Of a stretch of DNA of 20,000 nucleotides, positions 1 through 9,367 are shown piece after piece. The notes below the pieces were generated by a model. That model had not been told where the DNA came from. It was given only the letters and a program-made list of their open reading frames with translations, and did no database searches. Positions within the stretch are counted from its first letter, which is position 1, and each line of letters begins with the position of its first letter. This DNA is from an uncultured virus (IMG/VR IMGVR_UViG_3300023174_000160) (taxonomy: Duplodnaviria; Heunggongvirae; Uroviricota; Caudoviricetes). The stretch lies in the IMG/VR virus record IMGVR_UViG_3300023174_000160, one strand, 5' to 3'. A program made the position numbers and the translations under genes.

Positions 1-2
1 AC

Positions 3-1172
3 GTGTTTATGAAGGACATGCCGAACACTAAGGGCTTTTTGGTTTGCTCTTACGGTGAAGGCTCTGGTACGGGTAAGACCACAACATTGGAAGCAATCGC
101 TAGTATTTTTGGCGACCCTACAAAACTTCTTATGTCCCCAAGGTCAACCTCTAACTCAATCATCAACCGTCTAGGCACGTGGCAAAGTATCCCGGTGCTT
201 ATTGATGAAATCACAGAACTGCCCGTTGAAGGTAAGGCCAGCCTTGTATATGCCGCTACGATTGGGCAGGGTGCCGAGCGTCTTGAAGCCGGTAGAAACG
301 TCGAACGCGAGAATAATGTTACTTGGCAGAACTGCGTTATTACGTCATCCAACAAGGCGCTAGACGAAGAGATATTGTCTTTCCGCGCCAACCCCGACGG
401 CATCCTTAACCGCATGATGTGTCTGGCTGCGTATGAAGATGTGAACACTGACCCGGCCAAGGCACGGCACCATTTCGACCGGCTGTATAAGAATTTCGGC
501 CATGCGTTTGAGCCGTTTCTTCAGTACGTGATTGCCAACAAGCCTGAGTGTGACAAGCTTCTTGAGCAGGTCCGGTTGCGTCTAGAAGCAGAAGCAGAAC
601 TTACTAGCCGTGAGCGGTTCTGGGCAAACGATGCAGCGGCCACCATCACTGGCGGTATCATTTCTAACAAGCTGAACCTGCACAATATTCCTATCGAGCC
701 GGTGTTTAAATACGCCGTTGAGCAGATTAAGCTCAAGCGCAAAGAAAAGAAGACCTACGCGCTGGATAGCAATGACGTTCTGTCACAATATCTATACGAC
801 AATATCGGCCGTATGGTTATCGCTAACGGCAAGCCGGACAAGCGTGGGTTTGATACTGTCGCTCTTGGTAGCCCGAGAGGCAGCGACTTGGCTATTCGCA
901 TCGAGCCGGATACCGGCCATGCGTTTATTTCGATTACCGACTTCCGCAAGTACTGCACCAAGAAGGGCGTCAACCTAAGTCAGTCTTTGAAGCCACATGA
1001 AGAAACGGGCGCGCTTGTAGAAACTAACCGGCACAAACGTCTAGGCGCTGGCACTCAATGGGTAGTGTTGCCCGCAATTAGATGCTATGTTTTCGACTGC
1101 ACCAAGCTCAAAGATTTTGACATGGAGGCGGTTAAGAGTGCTGCGAGTGTTCAATCTACCGATAGCGATTGA
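3..1172 (+). CDS. Phage primase-helicase, C-terminal AAA+ helicase part (DUF927/Cch-like); 5'-truncated by the window edge
   Basis: Walker A GEGSGTGKTTT, Walker B VLIDE, then GQGAERL, W..CVITSSN and R in GILNR; C-terminal IRIEPDT..FIS..DFRKYC region typical of these phage helicases. The frame is open from the window start. Confidence 0.85.
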   Translation: MFMKDMPNTKGFLVCSYGEGSGTGKTTTLEAIASIFGDPTKLLMSPRSTSNSIINRLGTWQSIPVLIDEITELPVEGKASLVYAATIGQGAERLEAGRNVERENNVTWQNCVITSSNKALDEEILSFRANPDGILNRMMCLAAYEDVNTDPAKARHHFDRLYKNFGHAFEPFLQYVIANKPECDKLLEQVRLRLEAEAELTSRERFWANDAAATITGGIISNKLNLHNIPIEPVFKYAVEQIKLKRKEKKTYALDSNDVLSQYLYDNIGRMVIANGKPDKRGFDTVALGSPRGSDLAIRIEPDTGHAFISITDFRKYCTKKGVNLSQSLKPHEETGALVETNRHKRLGAGTQWVVLPAIRCYVFDCTKLKDFDMEAVKSAASVQSTDSD

Positions 1173-1338
1173 TTGGCGCGACTTCAAAGTAGGCACCAGC
1201 CTGTTCATACCGTGCATAGACCGCGGTGCTGTAGAGGCTTGGCTTGAGCAGGAGTGTGCCAGACTTGGATACACAGCAACTATAAAACAAGTTATACGCA
1301 ACCGTATGTACGGCGTCCAAGTCTGGCGTACTGATTAG
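1138..1338 (+). CDS. Small hypothetical phage protein (66 aa, VLRVFNLPIAIDWRDFKVGTSLFIPC...YGVQVWRTD)
   Basis: GGAGG at 1124-1128 lies 9 nt before an in-frame GTG at 1138, a better start than 1087. It overlaps the helicase 3' end. The W..F.VG.S.FIPC and G.xVWR pattern resembles small phage proteins found next to this helicase. Confidence 0.7.
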   Translation: MLRVFNLPIAIDWRDFKVGTSLFIPCIDRGAVEAWLEQECARLGYTATIKQVIRNRMYGVQVWRTD

Positions 1339-4300
1339 TCTTCTTCGTCCGCAGTGCCGTACAAATCGTCGAGTCGGCGGCGTAGGTTTTTGTTAATGTG
1401 AACCCCATCAACCATTTCCCGCTCGCGTTGCTTGTGGCTACGCTCGGACCGGCTGATTGTATCTGAGGTAATACGTAGAGATTTTTCAGGGTTCTTTTGG
1501 CTAAATACTTGGATGCGTTCAGTTATTTCCCGCACCCCTTCTGTATCGCCGTTCTGTTTAGCGACGTGAAGCAAATCAAGCAGGGCGGTACGCCGTTCCA
1601 GTAGGGCTTTTTCTGTAGTCTTTTTAGCGCCCGCGCGTGCATATGCTTCGGCCAAATCCGCCGGGGCAAAACCCCCAAGCTGCATAAATGCGTTATACAG
1701 ACTCACATCCTGCACGATAGGCACACCGTCTTTGTTTGTAGCGCCCTCGGCGATATACCGCATACCCTTCATTACGTTCTTGACGGCGACTGGGGACATG
1801 GACTCAAACCCGCGGTAGACGTAGCCATCAGAAATCATTCCAAAAGCTTTCTGCGCGTTAACGGCGGCAGAGAAACTAGGCCCGGCGGCTTGTTCCAACA
1901 AATACGTCAGAGTACCTACCTCGGAACGGCGCTTGGGGTTGTCCCGCCAGAACATACCATTGAAACCAGTTCGGCTTGCAATATCGATATTCAATAGCTG
2001 GTTGATTGGTCCTTTGTACGCCATATCCCCAATCGCTTCAGTAATGATGGCATCAGTATCTACTGGTTCATCGTCGTCGCCCATAACCATGCCGGCAAGC
2101 AAACTAAGCGCACCATACAGCGGCAAGCCTTGAGCACCGGCAAATGTGAACGCCATTAAATAAATACCAAACAACTGTCTCTGTGCTATTTCCCGTACTT
2201 TTTCATCTGAATCACGGAAGGCTTGGTTAAACAGCTTGCCCATTAGATACAACTGGGATGTAGCAAACCGTTTGAAAGTAAATACTACGCGCCCTATGTT
2301 TCCTTGGAAGTATCTCGGCCCTGTGCTGGATAGTGCACCGCCGTGGGCTTCTGTTACCAAGTTCATAGCTTCTTGGCGAGCGGCTTCAGGAGACGCGCCT
2401 CCTTTACGAGCTAGGTCGTACGCAGCCAGCAGGGTAATTTCTCGGTTAGCTCGTTCTGAGTTCTGGAACATCCATCCCAAAGTAGTTCTAACTTTGGCGC
2501 CCATACCGGTGTAGTCGCCGGCTGTATGTTTACGCAGGTCTACAAGTTCATGTGCCGTAGAGCGACGAATAATTCCGTATTTAACCGCGTCTTCGTACAG
2601 AGCTTTGTGTTCAGCAGATACATTCTTGCCCGTAACAAAAGTCCGGTCGGGTAGGAAAGTACTATTATCGTCCTTGCCGCCATTCAAATACATACTGGTA
2701 GCTTTAGACATTGCGTTAAACGCGTCCGTAAATCCGTATTTGCCGCCCAACAAGCTGTACACAACAATCGGCAACTGGGTTAAGTTGACAAGCGCAGACG
2801 AAGCGTTACCCGCGATATACATGTAGTAACTTGCAGAACTTGCTGCCGAACTTACATCAGACGCCAATTTATTTGTAGGCGGTGCGGTGACATTTTTAAT
2901 ACGCTCAGCAATATCAAGCACCACATCCCTAGCTTCTATAGACCCATTGGCATTAGCCTCTTGGGTAATATTGTTTACCGATTCGTCAATAGATTTTGCG
3001 TGTGTGAGGTTGCCTAGCTGATTAGCCAAACGACTACCAATATTTGCGTAAACCTCCACTGCGTCTTTGTTTGCACCGGCGATACCTTTGCGGGCACGGG
3101 CCATTTGGCGTATAGATTCGGCGGGGAATAGTGACAGATACGCAGAGTAAACTTCGTCCAACACAAGCGGCGATACTTGTTCGTCTTTCAGGGTCTCCAT
3201 AATTTTGGATACAAACCCTACCGGCGGCACACCGTTCGTGCGGCTAGTGATGTCCTCAAACCGAGCAAATTCTCTAATCTCTTTCATGCCCGTACTACGC
3301 GCACGTTGTACTTCTAGCTGGCGCTCTCGCTCACTGGGGAACGCCATAACAACAGGTTCTCCAGCTTTATCTTGGTACGACAGCCAGTATTCACCCTGAC
3401 GAAAAAGGGGCAGATATACCTTGATGCGGCGAAGCTCAAATTGAGTGCGGAGTTTTGCGGCCGTGCCGGGGGTTACGTCCTTAGTGATTAGCTTTTCAAA
3501 TTCATCTGCGGATTCATCGTAAGTCTTACGCAAATCCATGTAGGCTTCTTGCACATCTTTAGGCATCGCGTAGAACTGTTTTACAAGCGGGTTAGCCGCA
3601 TTAGCCGTGCTCGGCTTGAGTTCATATGTGCGCGTGCGCTGTGCTTGGCCGTTTGAATTAATGGTTTCTTTGACGGTTACTGTTAGCGGGTCAATCTGGT
3701 CCAGCGTGGTGTTCTGGAAAATAGTAAAAAACTTTTCTTTTTGCGCGGCAGTATATTTGCTAAATACCGCATGCAAGGCCTTGACCTTTTGCCCAACGAG
3801 TTCTTGGCGCTTACTAATATCTGTATCACGTACCGTCAGTGCATTATCAAGTGCTTTAATCGACGGAATGATGCCGCCGTAAGTTTGGTACATTTGATAC
3901 AGCGATAGAGCACCCAACCATGCGCGACGAAGAACGCGCGGTAATCCAGACGCAGTATTTAAAACTTCCCCCGCCAGCTTTTGCGTCATTGGCGGCATGT
4001 TGTCTACGTTAGCGTTTGCAATTTTTTCAAATACGTTTTTGTTTTCTTCGCGTTGTTTTGCGGGGCTAATTGGTTTAGCTTCTGCTGCTTTGGCTACTTG
4101 GTCGTGGGCAGTTTTGTATGCTGTATCCGGCACGTATTTAGCCAAGTCACCTAGTTCTTCAGTAGCGCGCTTCTTAGCAAGCGGTAAAGCTTGAGCAAAT
4201 GTCTTAGCCCCGGACTTCACAAGTTCATACATCAAGTTACCGAGCGCAGACATGAATCTGCCAAGCGATGCTTCTTCTTCGGGCATAAGGTTTTGTTTAG

Positions 4301-6494
4301 CACCGATAGAGTTGGCAAGTTTGCTTAGTTCTTCACCTACTTGATTAAAAGCCTTCTTCAAATCCGAGTCTTCAAACTCAGCAGCTTCGCGTTCGCCAAT
4401 ATCAAGTGGTTCTTCAAGTACAGGTTTTTTACGGCTAATTTCTTTTTTAGCAATACTATTACGCGCAGCAATATCATCCGCACGTTCCTGCGTAGACATT
4501 CTAGACTTAACTGCTTCCACCCAAAGTTCTTTGTTCTCTTTGCTCAGGTCAGCGTAAGGCACGCCGGTATCCTTATCGTCCCAAACTTCTTCAGGAGAAT
4601 ATTGCATAGGCACTAAGGGTTTGGGCGCCGCAATAGTAGTAACAGGTTCTTCAATGGGTTCTTCAACGGGTTCTTCAATGGGTTCTTCAACGGGTTCTTC
4701 AACCGCTGGTTGTTCTTGAGGTGCAACGGGTTCGGGTACTGGGGCGGCTTGTTCTTCCGGCGCAACGGGTTGTTCTGGCGCGTTAAAATCAAACGCCATT
4801 TGTTCTTTTGGAACTTCCGTTGCGGCGGGTTGTACAGGTTCTTGTGCTGGTGCAGCACGTTCTGCTAACGACTCAGGTGTAGGTTGCGTCAATGTCAGCG
4901 GCACTTGGCCTTCTAAACTTTGAAGCGCAGCAATAGTAGTTTTGGCTAGATTTGGATTAGCAGCAGCCTTGTCAATTTCAGAGCGGAGTTCCTCCGCGTT
5001 AGCAACTAAATCTTTATCCACCAACCGTTTAAAAATACCCGCCCGGGGGCTAAGCCCCATGCCTTTAAGTCGTTCAGCGGTTAAAACTGTAGGCGCAATT
5101 GGTTTTGCTAATTCAGCTTCTTTGAGTTTCTTTTCAAGTACGCGTACGTCAGCTTCAGGTGTCGGCTTAGGTTGGGTTTTAGGATTAGTTTGCGGAGCAA
5201 ACAGTTCCATCTGTCCACTAGGTTGTATGGCTTCTTCGACGGGTGCTGGCTTTATGGTGCTAGGAAACTCAAGCTGCGACGGAAGCTTTGGTAGTTCTCC
5301 CGGCTGGAACAAAGGTAGTTGTTCGCCTTGGCCTGTTGCACGGGCAAGTTCTTGTTCGGCTTGGATTTGAGCTTGGGCTTCTTGTTCTGCGGCTACTCGG
5401 GCTTCTTCAGCTTGTTGGGCTTGTTGGATTTGGCGGTCACGACTACGCTCACCCATTCTTTCGCCGACAGCTTGCACGCCACCAAACGGACCACCAGCAA
5501 CAGCACCGCGCACAGCGGATTCCATGTACCGACTGAAATGCTCGCTGTCCCAAATGTCTTGATGGTCATCTACAAACTTCTCGGCCATTGCCGTGATGAC
5601 TTCTTGAGCGCCTTCGGTTAGGCCTTCTTTTGCCGCAGTTTGCGGGATAGTTGCCGTTGCTTTGCGCAACAGGCTTGGTTTCATGCCGGAACGTTCTAGG
5701 ATTTTTTCGGCAACTGAAAGCTTCTCAGTCTGCGTCATGGACTTCAACAACTGTCCGGGCAGAACCGCATCAAGAGCCGCAACGGCACCGCCAAACAACA
5801 ACGACGCACCGGGGGCTAGTTGGTTAGTATTTTCGTAGATACTTTGGAATACATCAGGCGTATTAGTAGCGTAAGACCCAAGGTAAACACCCGCTGCTTG
5901 GCCCGTAGCTTGAGCTTTCTGAATGGCCGGTGCGGCTTCACGTACGGCGGCTGCTTCTAATTCTGCGGCCCGCGCCGCGCTAACCCCACCCGGAAGTACG
6001 TCCCGAATAGCTTCACGCTTGGCGATGTTTTCAGCGAGTTGTTCTGCACCCTTTACTGCAGCGCGTTTGCCTAGGGCACCACCAATACCGCCCGTACCAA
6101 TAATCCCTAGAATGTCCGTGGCCGATTCGCCAAGGGTTTCAGCACCAAAACGAAGTGCGTCACCAAGACCTTCTACTTGTTTATAAGAAGTGAATTGTGC
6201 AGGATTAGTGCGCTGAAGTTCGGCTTCTTTTTGCGCGGCTTCTTCTAGTTGCCGTTTAGCGTATTCGTCTTTACCTAAAGCACTACCAATAAAGGCCGGT
6301 ATGGTATCCGTAATCATAGACCCCATGCGCGATGCACCGCGCTTCAATCCCTTGATTCCAGACTCAATTACGCCGTACTCGGGGCGTTGGTAGTTGGGGA
6401 TAATGTCAGTTTCAATAGCCCGCAGGATTTGTTCCTGCGACATGGTTTCTGGAAACTCTACAATCCCAACTCGCGGGATATCTACTTTTGGCAT
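1335..6494 (-). CDS. Large internal virion/DNA ejection protein (1719 aa), PLxRFG/LPD39-like C-terminal half; positional analogue of P22 gp16
   Basis: Last and largest gene of the ejection cluster. N-terminal VEFPETMSQEQI motif, Gly/Ala-rich hydrophobic helices, Pro/Glu-rich linker, YLPLFRQGEYW (PLxR-G motif), SSALVNLTQ, FTFKRF, and hydrophobic segment LFGIYLMAFTFAGAQGLPLYGALSLLAGMVM. Confidence 0.75.
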   Translation of the reverse strand: MPKVDIPRVGIVEFPETMSQEQILRAIETDIIPNYQRPEYGVIESGIKGLKRGASRMGSMITDTIPAFIGSALGKDEYAKRQLEEAAQKEAELQRTNPAQFTSYKQVEGLGDALRFGAETLGESATDILGIIGTGGIGGALGKRAAVKGAEQLAENIAKREAIRDVLPGGVSAARAAELEAAAVREAAPAIQKAQATGQAAGVYLGSYATNTPDVFQSIYENTNQLAPGASLLFGGAVAALDAVLPGQLLKSMTQTEKLSVAEKILERSGMKPSLLRKATATIPQTAAKEGLTEGAQEVITAMAEKFVDDHQDIWDSEHFSRYMESAVRGAVAGGPFGGVQAVGERMGERSRDRQIQQAQQAEEARVAAEQEAQAQIQAEQELARATGQGEQLPLFQPGELPKLPSQLEFPSTIKPAPVEEAIQPSGQMELFAPQTNPKTQPKPTPEADVRVLEKKLKEAELAKPIAPTVLTAERLKGMGLSPRAGIFKRLVDKDLVANAEELRSEIDKAAANPNLAKTTIAALQSLEGQVPLTLTQPTPESLAERAAPAQEPVQPAATEVPKEQMAFDFNAPEQPVAPEEQAAPVPEPVAPQEQPAVEEPVEEPIEEPVEEPIEEPVTTIAAPKPLVPMQYSPEEVWDDKDTGVPYADLSKENKELWVEAVKSRMSTQERADDIAARNSIAKKEISRKKPVLEEPLDIGEREAAEFEDSDLKKAFNQVGEELSKLANSIGAKQNLMPEEEASLGRFMSALGNLMYELVKSGAKTFAQALPLAKKRATEELGDLAKYVPDTAYKTAHDQVAKAAEAKPISPAKQREENKNVFEKIANANVDNMPPMTQKLAGEVLNTASGLPRVLRRAWLGALSLYQMYQTYGGIIPSIKALDNALTVRDTDISKRQELVGQKVKALHAVFSKYTAAQKEKFFTIFQNTTLDQIDPLTVTVKETINSNGQAQRTRTYELKPSTANAANPLVKQFYAMPKDVQEAYMDLRKTYDESADEFEKLITKDVTPGTAAKLRTQFELRRIKVYLPLFRQGEYWLSYQDKAGEPVVMAFPSERERQLEVQRARSTGMKEIREFARFEDITSRTNGVPPVGFVSKIMETLKDEQVSPLVLDEVYSAYLSLFPAESIRQMARARKGIAGANKDAVEVYANIGSRLANQLGNLTHAKSIDESVNNITQEANANGSIEARDVVLDIAERIKNVTAPPTNKLASDVSSAASSASYYMYIAGNASSALVNLTQLPIVVYSLLGGKYGFTDAFNAMSKATSMYLNGGKDDNSTFLPDRTFVTGKNVSAEHKALYEDAVKYGIIRRSTAHELVDLRKHTAGDYTGMGAKVRTTLGWMFQNSERANREITLLAAYDLARKGGASPEAARQEAMNLVTEAHGGALSSTGPRYFQGNIGRVVFTFKRFATSQLYLMGKLFNQAFRDSDEKVREIAQRQLFGIYLMAFTFAGAQGLPLYGALSLLAGMVMGDDDEPVDTDAIITEAIGDMAYKGPINQLLNIDIASRTGFNGMFWRDNPKRRSEVGTLTYLLEQAAGPSFSAAVNAQKAFGMISDGYVYRGFESMSPVAVKNVMKGMRYIAEGATNKDGVPIVQDVSLYNAFMQLGGFAPADLAEAYARAGAKKTTEKALLERRTALLDLLHVAKQNGDTEGVREITERIQVFSQKNPEKSLRITSDTISRSERSHKQREREMVDGVHINKNLRRRLDDLYGTADEED
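4645..4704. repeat. Tandem repeat, 5 x 12 bp (ggttcttcaa[tg/cg/cc]), encoding (V/I)EEP x5
   Basis: Units start at 4645, 4657, 4669, 4681 and 4693; alternating tg/cg endings give a 24-bp higher-order period. Confidence 0.95.
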
Positions 6495-6508
6495 AGGACT
6501 TCCAAAAA

Positions 6509-8305
6509 TTATTCTTCGGTTAGACTATACCGCGAAACACCGTCTTTACCCGGAATGAGGCTACCAGAAGGAGTATATCCACTACCGCCGCTACCGCCCA
6601 TAGTAGCAATATAATTTTGTTTGTAGGCTTCTCTAGGAATTAAAGTCTTATTTTTATTAGCGGGGTCTTGTGCATAGGCGAGGTATGCTTCTTCTGCTAG
6701 TTTGTCGAGCTTACCTTTTTCTAGCGGGCTAAGCTGCTGCCCCGCCAAGATTCTTGCAATTGCGGCTTTAGTTGATGCGTCAGCGCTGATTTGGGCAGCT
6801 TGGATATGCGCGTTAATTTGAGCCTGTGCCCGACGGTTTTCCTGCGTCTGTTGGGCGCTAAACTTATTAGCTTCTGTTACCTGCCCGGCATTGTATTGGT
6901 CTGCGCTATTTTTAAGGACTATATTTTGCGCATCGATACTTTGAATTTTATCTCTACGCCCTTGTACACGGTCAAATGCTGTTTGATATTCCGCGTTGTC
7001 CCCACGTACTCTAGCCTCCAACATATTTTGCTGGTCGCGTTCAAGTGCGTTGCCTTCTTTACGAAGGTCTTTTTCGTTTTGTTTAATTTCTTTAAGGGCG
7101 TCTTTGTAAGAACTAATTCCTTTAAGAGCGCCGACACCTAAGTTTTTCAGTGCGTATGGAGAATCCCCAGCAGTTATTGACAATCCGGCTTCGAGGGCAG
7201 CCATCCATGCAGAAGTTGCTTTATCTTCGGCTAGTTTATTTTTTTCTGCAACAATATCCGAAAATTGTTGGCCGTAAACATCTTTGATGCCGGCAGCTTC
7301 ACGTTCTTTTTTCTTATTTTCCATAAACTCGGCTTTATCTTTTCCCGCGAGTTTCTGGGCCTCTGCAAGTTCTGCTTCTGCCTGAGTTTTTGGGATTTCC
7401 GTCGGGGTAAAAGTATTAATTTTATATGGGGCTACTTCGCCACCTAACGACGGCGCGCGCGGGCTAGCCGGTACTGATGGTGCAGCCTGTGGTTTTTGCT
7501 CGGCAGCGGGAAGTCCACTTTGTTTTTGAATTTGCCCAATAGCATTGTTAATATTTGCAAGCTCTTCAGTCAATGCTTGAGCTTTAGATGCCGGTGCAGA
7601 TTCGCGCCCGTAATCAATATTTGTTTTATATTCCGGTTTGCCTGACAGCAAATTACGTACGCGGCCTTCTAGATTGCCAAGTCCGGCAGCTATTCCAGTA
7701 TATGTATTACGCGCAAACCTGCCCGGCGCACCAAAAGTTTGTGCAAATGCGGCCCTATCTTCTTCAAGCTGCCCTGCTGGAGTGCCCGATAAACGGGCCA
7801 ACTCTTTTTCAATTTGCGCGCGGCGCGCCAAATATTGGTTTAAAGCAAAATCATTAGAAGTACCACCAACCAAACTACCATTTGTATTACCAGCGTAGCG
7901 CGGCACGTGGCCGCCCTCATCAAACGCAACGATACCGCCACCAGCCATATTGTGTTCTTGGAACATGTGGTCGGGCACATTGAGGTCGGCTAGGCCACCG
8001 GCGGCTGCTTGCACTACGGGCTGTTCTTCGCCTTGTGGTGCTTCTTGTGGTGCTTCTTGTGGTGCTTCTTGAGGTGCTTCTTGTGGTGCTACAGACCCCA
8101 GTCCCTGTTCCAAATCTTCTGCTACGGTTGTTTGCGGGGCTTGCGCTTGGCTTTGTTGATACTCTTCCCGCATGGTCTTACGGCGCTGCAACTCGCCCAG
8201 AACTAGATACTGCGGCACCTGACCGTTGGGACTTTGTGCGTATTGGATAAGGGCGTTATCCGGCAATCCTTTGAGGTCGTCCTGCAGTTTGAGGATGTTA
8301 GCCAT
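6509..8305 (-). CDS. Internal virion/ejection protein (598 aa), positional analogue of P22 gp20
   Basis: Ala/Gln/Glu-rich coiled-coil composition, MAGGGIVAFDEGG motif, one hydrophobic segment (AWMAALEAGLSITAG); lies between gp7-like and gp16-like genes; TAAGG RBS. Confidence 0.7.
   Translation of the reverse strand: MANILKLQDDLKGLPDNALIQYAQSPNGQVPQYLVLGELQRRKTMREEYQQSQAQAPQTTVAEDLEQGLGSVAPQEAPQEAPQEAPQEAPQGEEQPVVQAAAGGLADLNVPDHMFQEHNMAGGGIVAFDEGGHVPRYAGNTNGSLVGGTSNDFALNQYLARRAQIEKELARLSGTPAGQLEEDRAAFAQTFGAPGRFARNTYTGIAAGLGNLEGRVRNLLSGKPEYKTNIDYGRESAPASKAQALTEELANINNAIGQIQKQSGLPAAEQKPQAAPSVPASPRAPSLGGEVAPYKINTFTPTEIPKTQAEAELAEAQKLAGKDKAEFMENKKKEREAAGIKDVYGQQFSDIVAEKNKLAEDKATSAWMAALEAGLSITAGDSPYALKNLGVGALKGISSYKDALKEIKQNEKDLRKEGNALERDQQNMLEARVRGDNAEYQTAFDRVQGRRDKIQSIDAQNIVLKNSADQYNAGQVTEANKFSAQQTQENRRAQAQINAHIQAAQISADASTKAAIARILAGQQLSPLEKGKLDKLAEEAYLAYAQDPANKNKTLIPREAYKQNYIATMGGSGGSGYTPSGSLIPGKDGVSRYSLTEE
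8032..8090. repeat. Tandem repeat, about 5 x 12 bp (cttgtggtgctt), encoding APQE repeats
   Basis: Units start at 8032, 8044, 8056, 8068 (one mismatch) and 8080. Confidence 0.95.
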
Positions 8306-8314
8306 GCGTATGCC

Positions 8315-9358
8315 TTACTTAGTCAGATTGTACAAAGACAGACCGGCGAGACCCAAACCACCTAGTTGCGAACCCAAAGAAGGCGCCGGAGTTTTTGTAG
8401 ATTGCACGGTCCCATACAGCGGCGCGTTACCCCGAACAAGGTCAGAATAGAACGCAAGCTGTTGCTTGCCGTAGTCACGCTGGTTAAGAAAGTCTTGGTA
8501 CTGTTGGTCCCGAATCTTTTGATTCTGGGCTTGGATTTGTTGGGCGGCTACGTTTTGCGCGTTAAGACGAGCGAGGTTAGCTTCTTGCGACTGCCCAGCC
8601 AATTGCCCCAGACCCAACGCCGATTGAAGCGACGTACCAAGACCTGAAGTGCCAACCTGAGCACCCAAACCCGCAGCCTGTGCAGCGGCTGCACGGTCAC
8701 GTTCATATTGTTGTTGGGCGTTCAAGAACCCAGCTTCGCTACCCTTAGCTTGGATATCCGACAGTTGGGTGCCAAGGTTCCGTTGCAGTTCAGCCTGCAT
8801 CAGCGCGTTACGCGCGCCACCATAAGTACCCCGACCGACAGACGCCAAATTAGCATCCCTAGCAGCTTGGGCACCAGACCGTTGTGCTTCGCGCAGTGCA
8901 ATATCGGTTACGTTTTGTTGGTATGGGTCAGCGTAGTACGCAGCATCACGGGAGCTAAATGTTCCGGGGTTATATCCGAGAGCGCGCGACAGGCCAGTTT
9001 GTGCGGTACCATAACCAAGGGCGCCCGTACCCTGAGCGCCAGCCATAGCTGTATCAAACTGTTTCGGTTGCTGCAAGCCAAATACTTGTTGCTGAACAGC
9101 TTTTTGTTCCGGAGTAAACCCAGCGATACGTTGGCCTTGGTAGGGAACATACGGGGTTTCACGAAGCTGACGACCAAGGTCAATACTTTCTTTTACGTAC
9201 GGTATGAGTTCTTTAGGAATTGATTGTTGGACCGTAGTTGTACTACCACCACCGCCCTTGCCGCCCCCACCGCCTTCAGGTTTAATGCGCTTGTCCCCCA
9301 CATGCTTAAAAGCATTAATGGGTAGGTCGGGGATATCACAAAGAAGTCGGCGGTCCAT
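8315..9358 (-). CDS. DNA ejection/pilot protein, P22 gp7-like (347 aa)
   Basis: Leader ending PE then GGGGGKGGGG; Gln/Ala-rich helical body (GTYGGARNALMQAE); Gly-rich hydrophobic C-terminus (LGSQLGGLGLAGLSLY); TAAGGA RBS. Confidence 0.7.
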   Translation of the reverse strand: MDRRLLCDIPDLPINAFKHVGDKRIKPEGGGGGKGGGGSTTTVQQSIPKELIPYVKESIDLGRQLRETPYVPYQGQRIAGFTPEQKAVQQQVFGLQQPKQFDTAMAGAQGTGALGYGTAQTGLSRALGYNPGTFSSRDAAYYADPYQQNVTDIALREAQRSGAQAARDANLASVGRGTYGGARNALMQAELQRNLGTQLSDIQAKGSEAGFLNAQQQYERDRAAAAQAAGLGAQVGTSGLGTSLQSALGLGQLAGQSQEANLARLNAQNVAAQQIQAQNQKIRDQQYQDFLNQRDYGKQQLAFYSDLVRGNAPLYGTVQSTKTPAPSLGSQLGGLGLAGLSLYNLTK

Positions 9359-9367
9359 ATTTATTCC

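Noticed and set aside
4645..8090. Short tandem repeats as a CRISPR array
   Set aside because: 12-bp units without spacers, in frame within CDSs.
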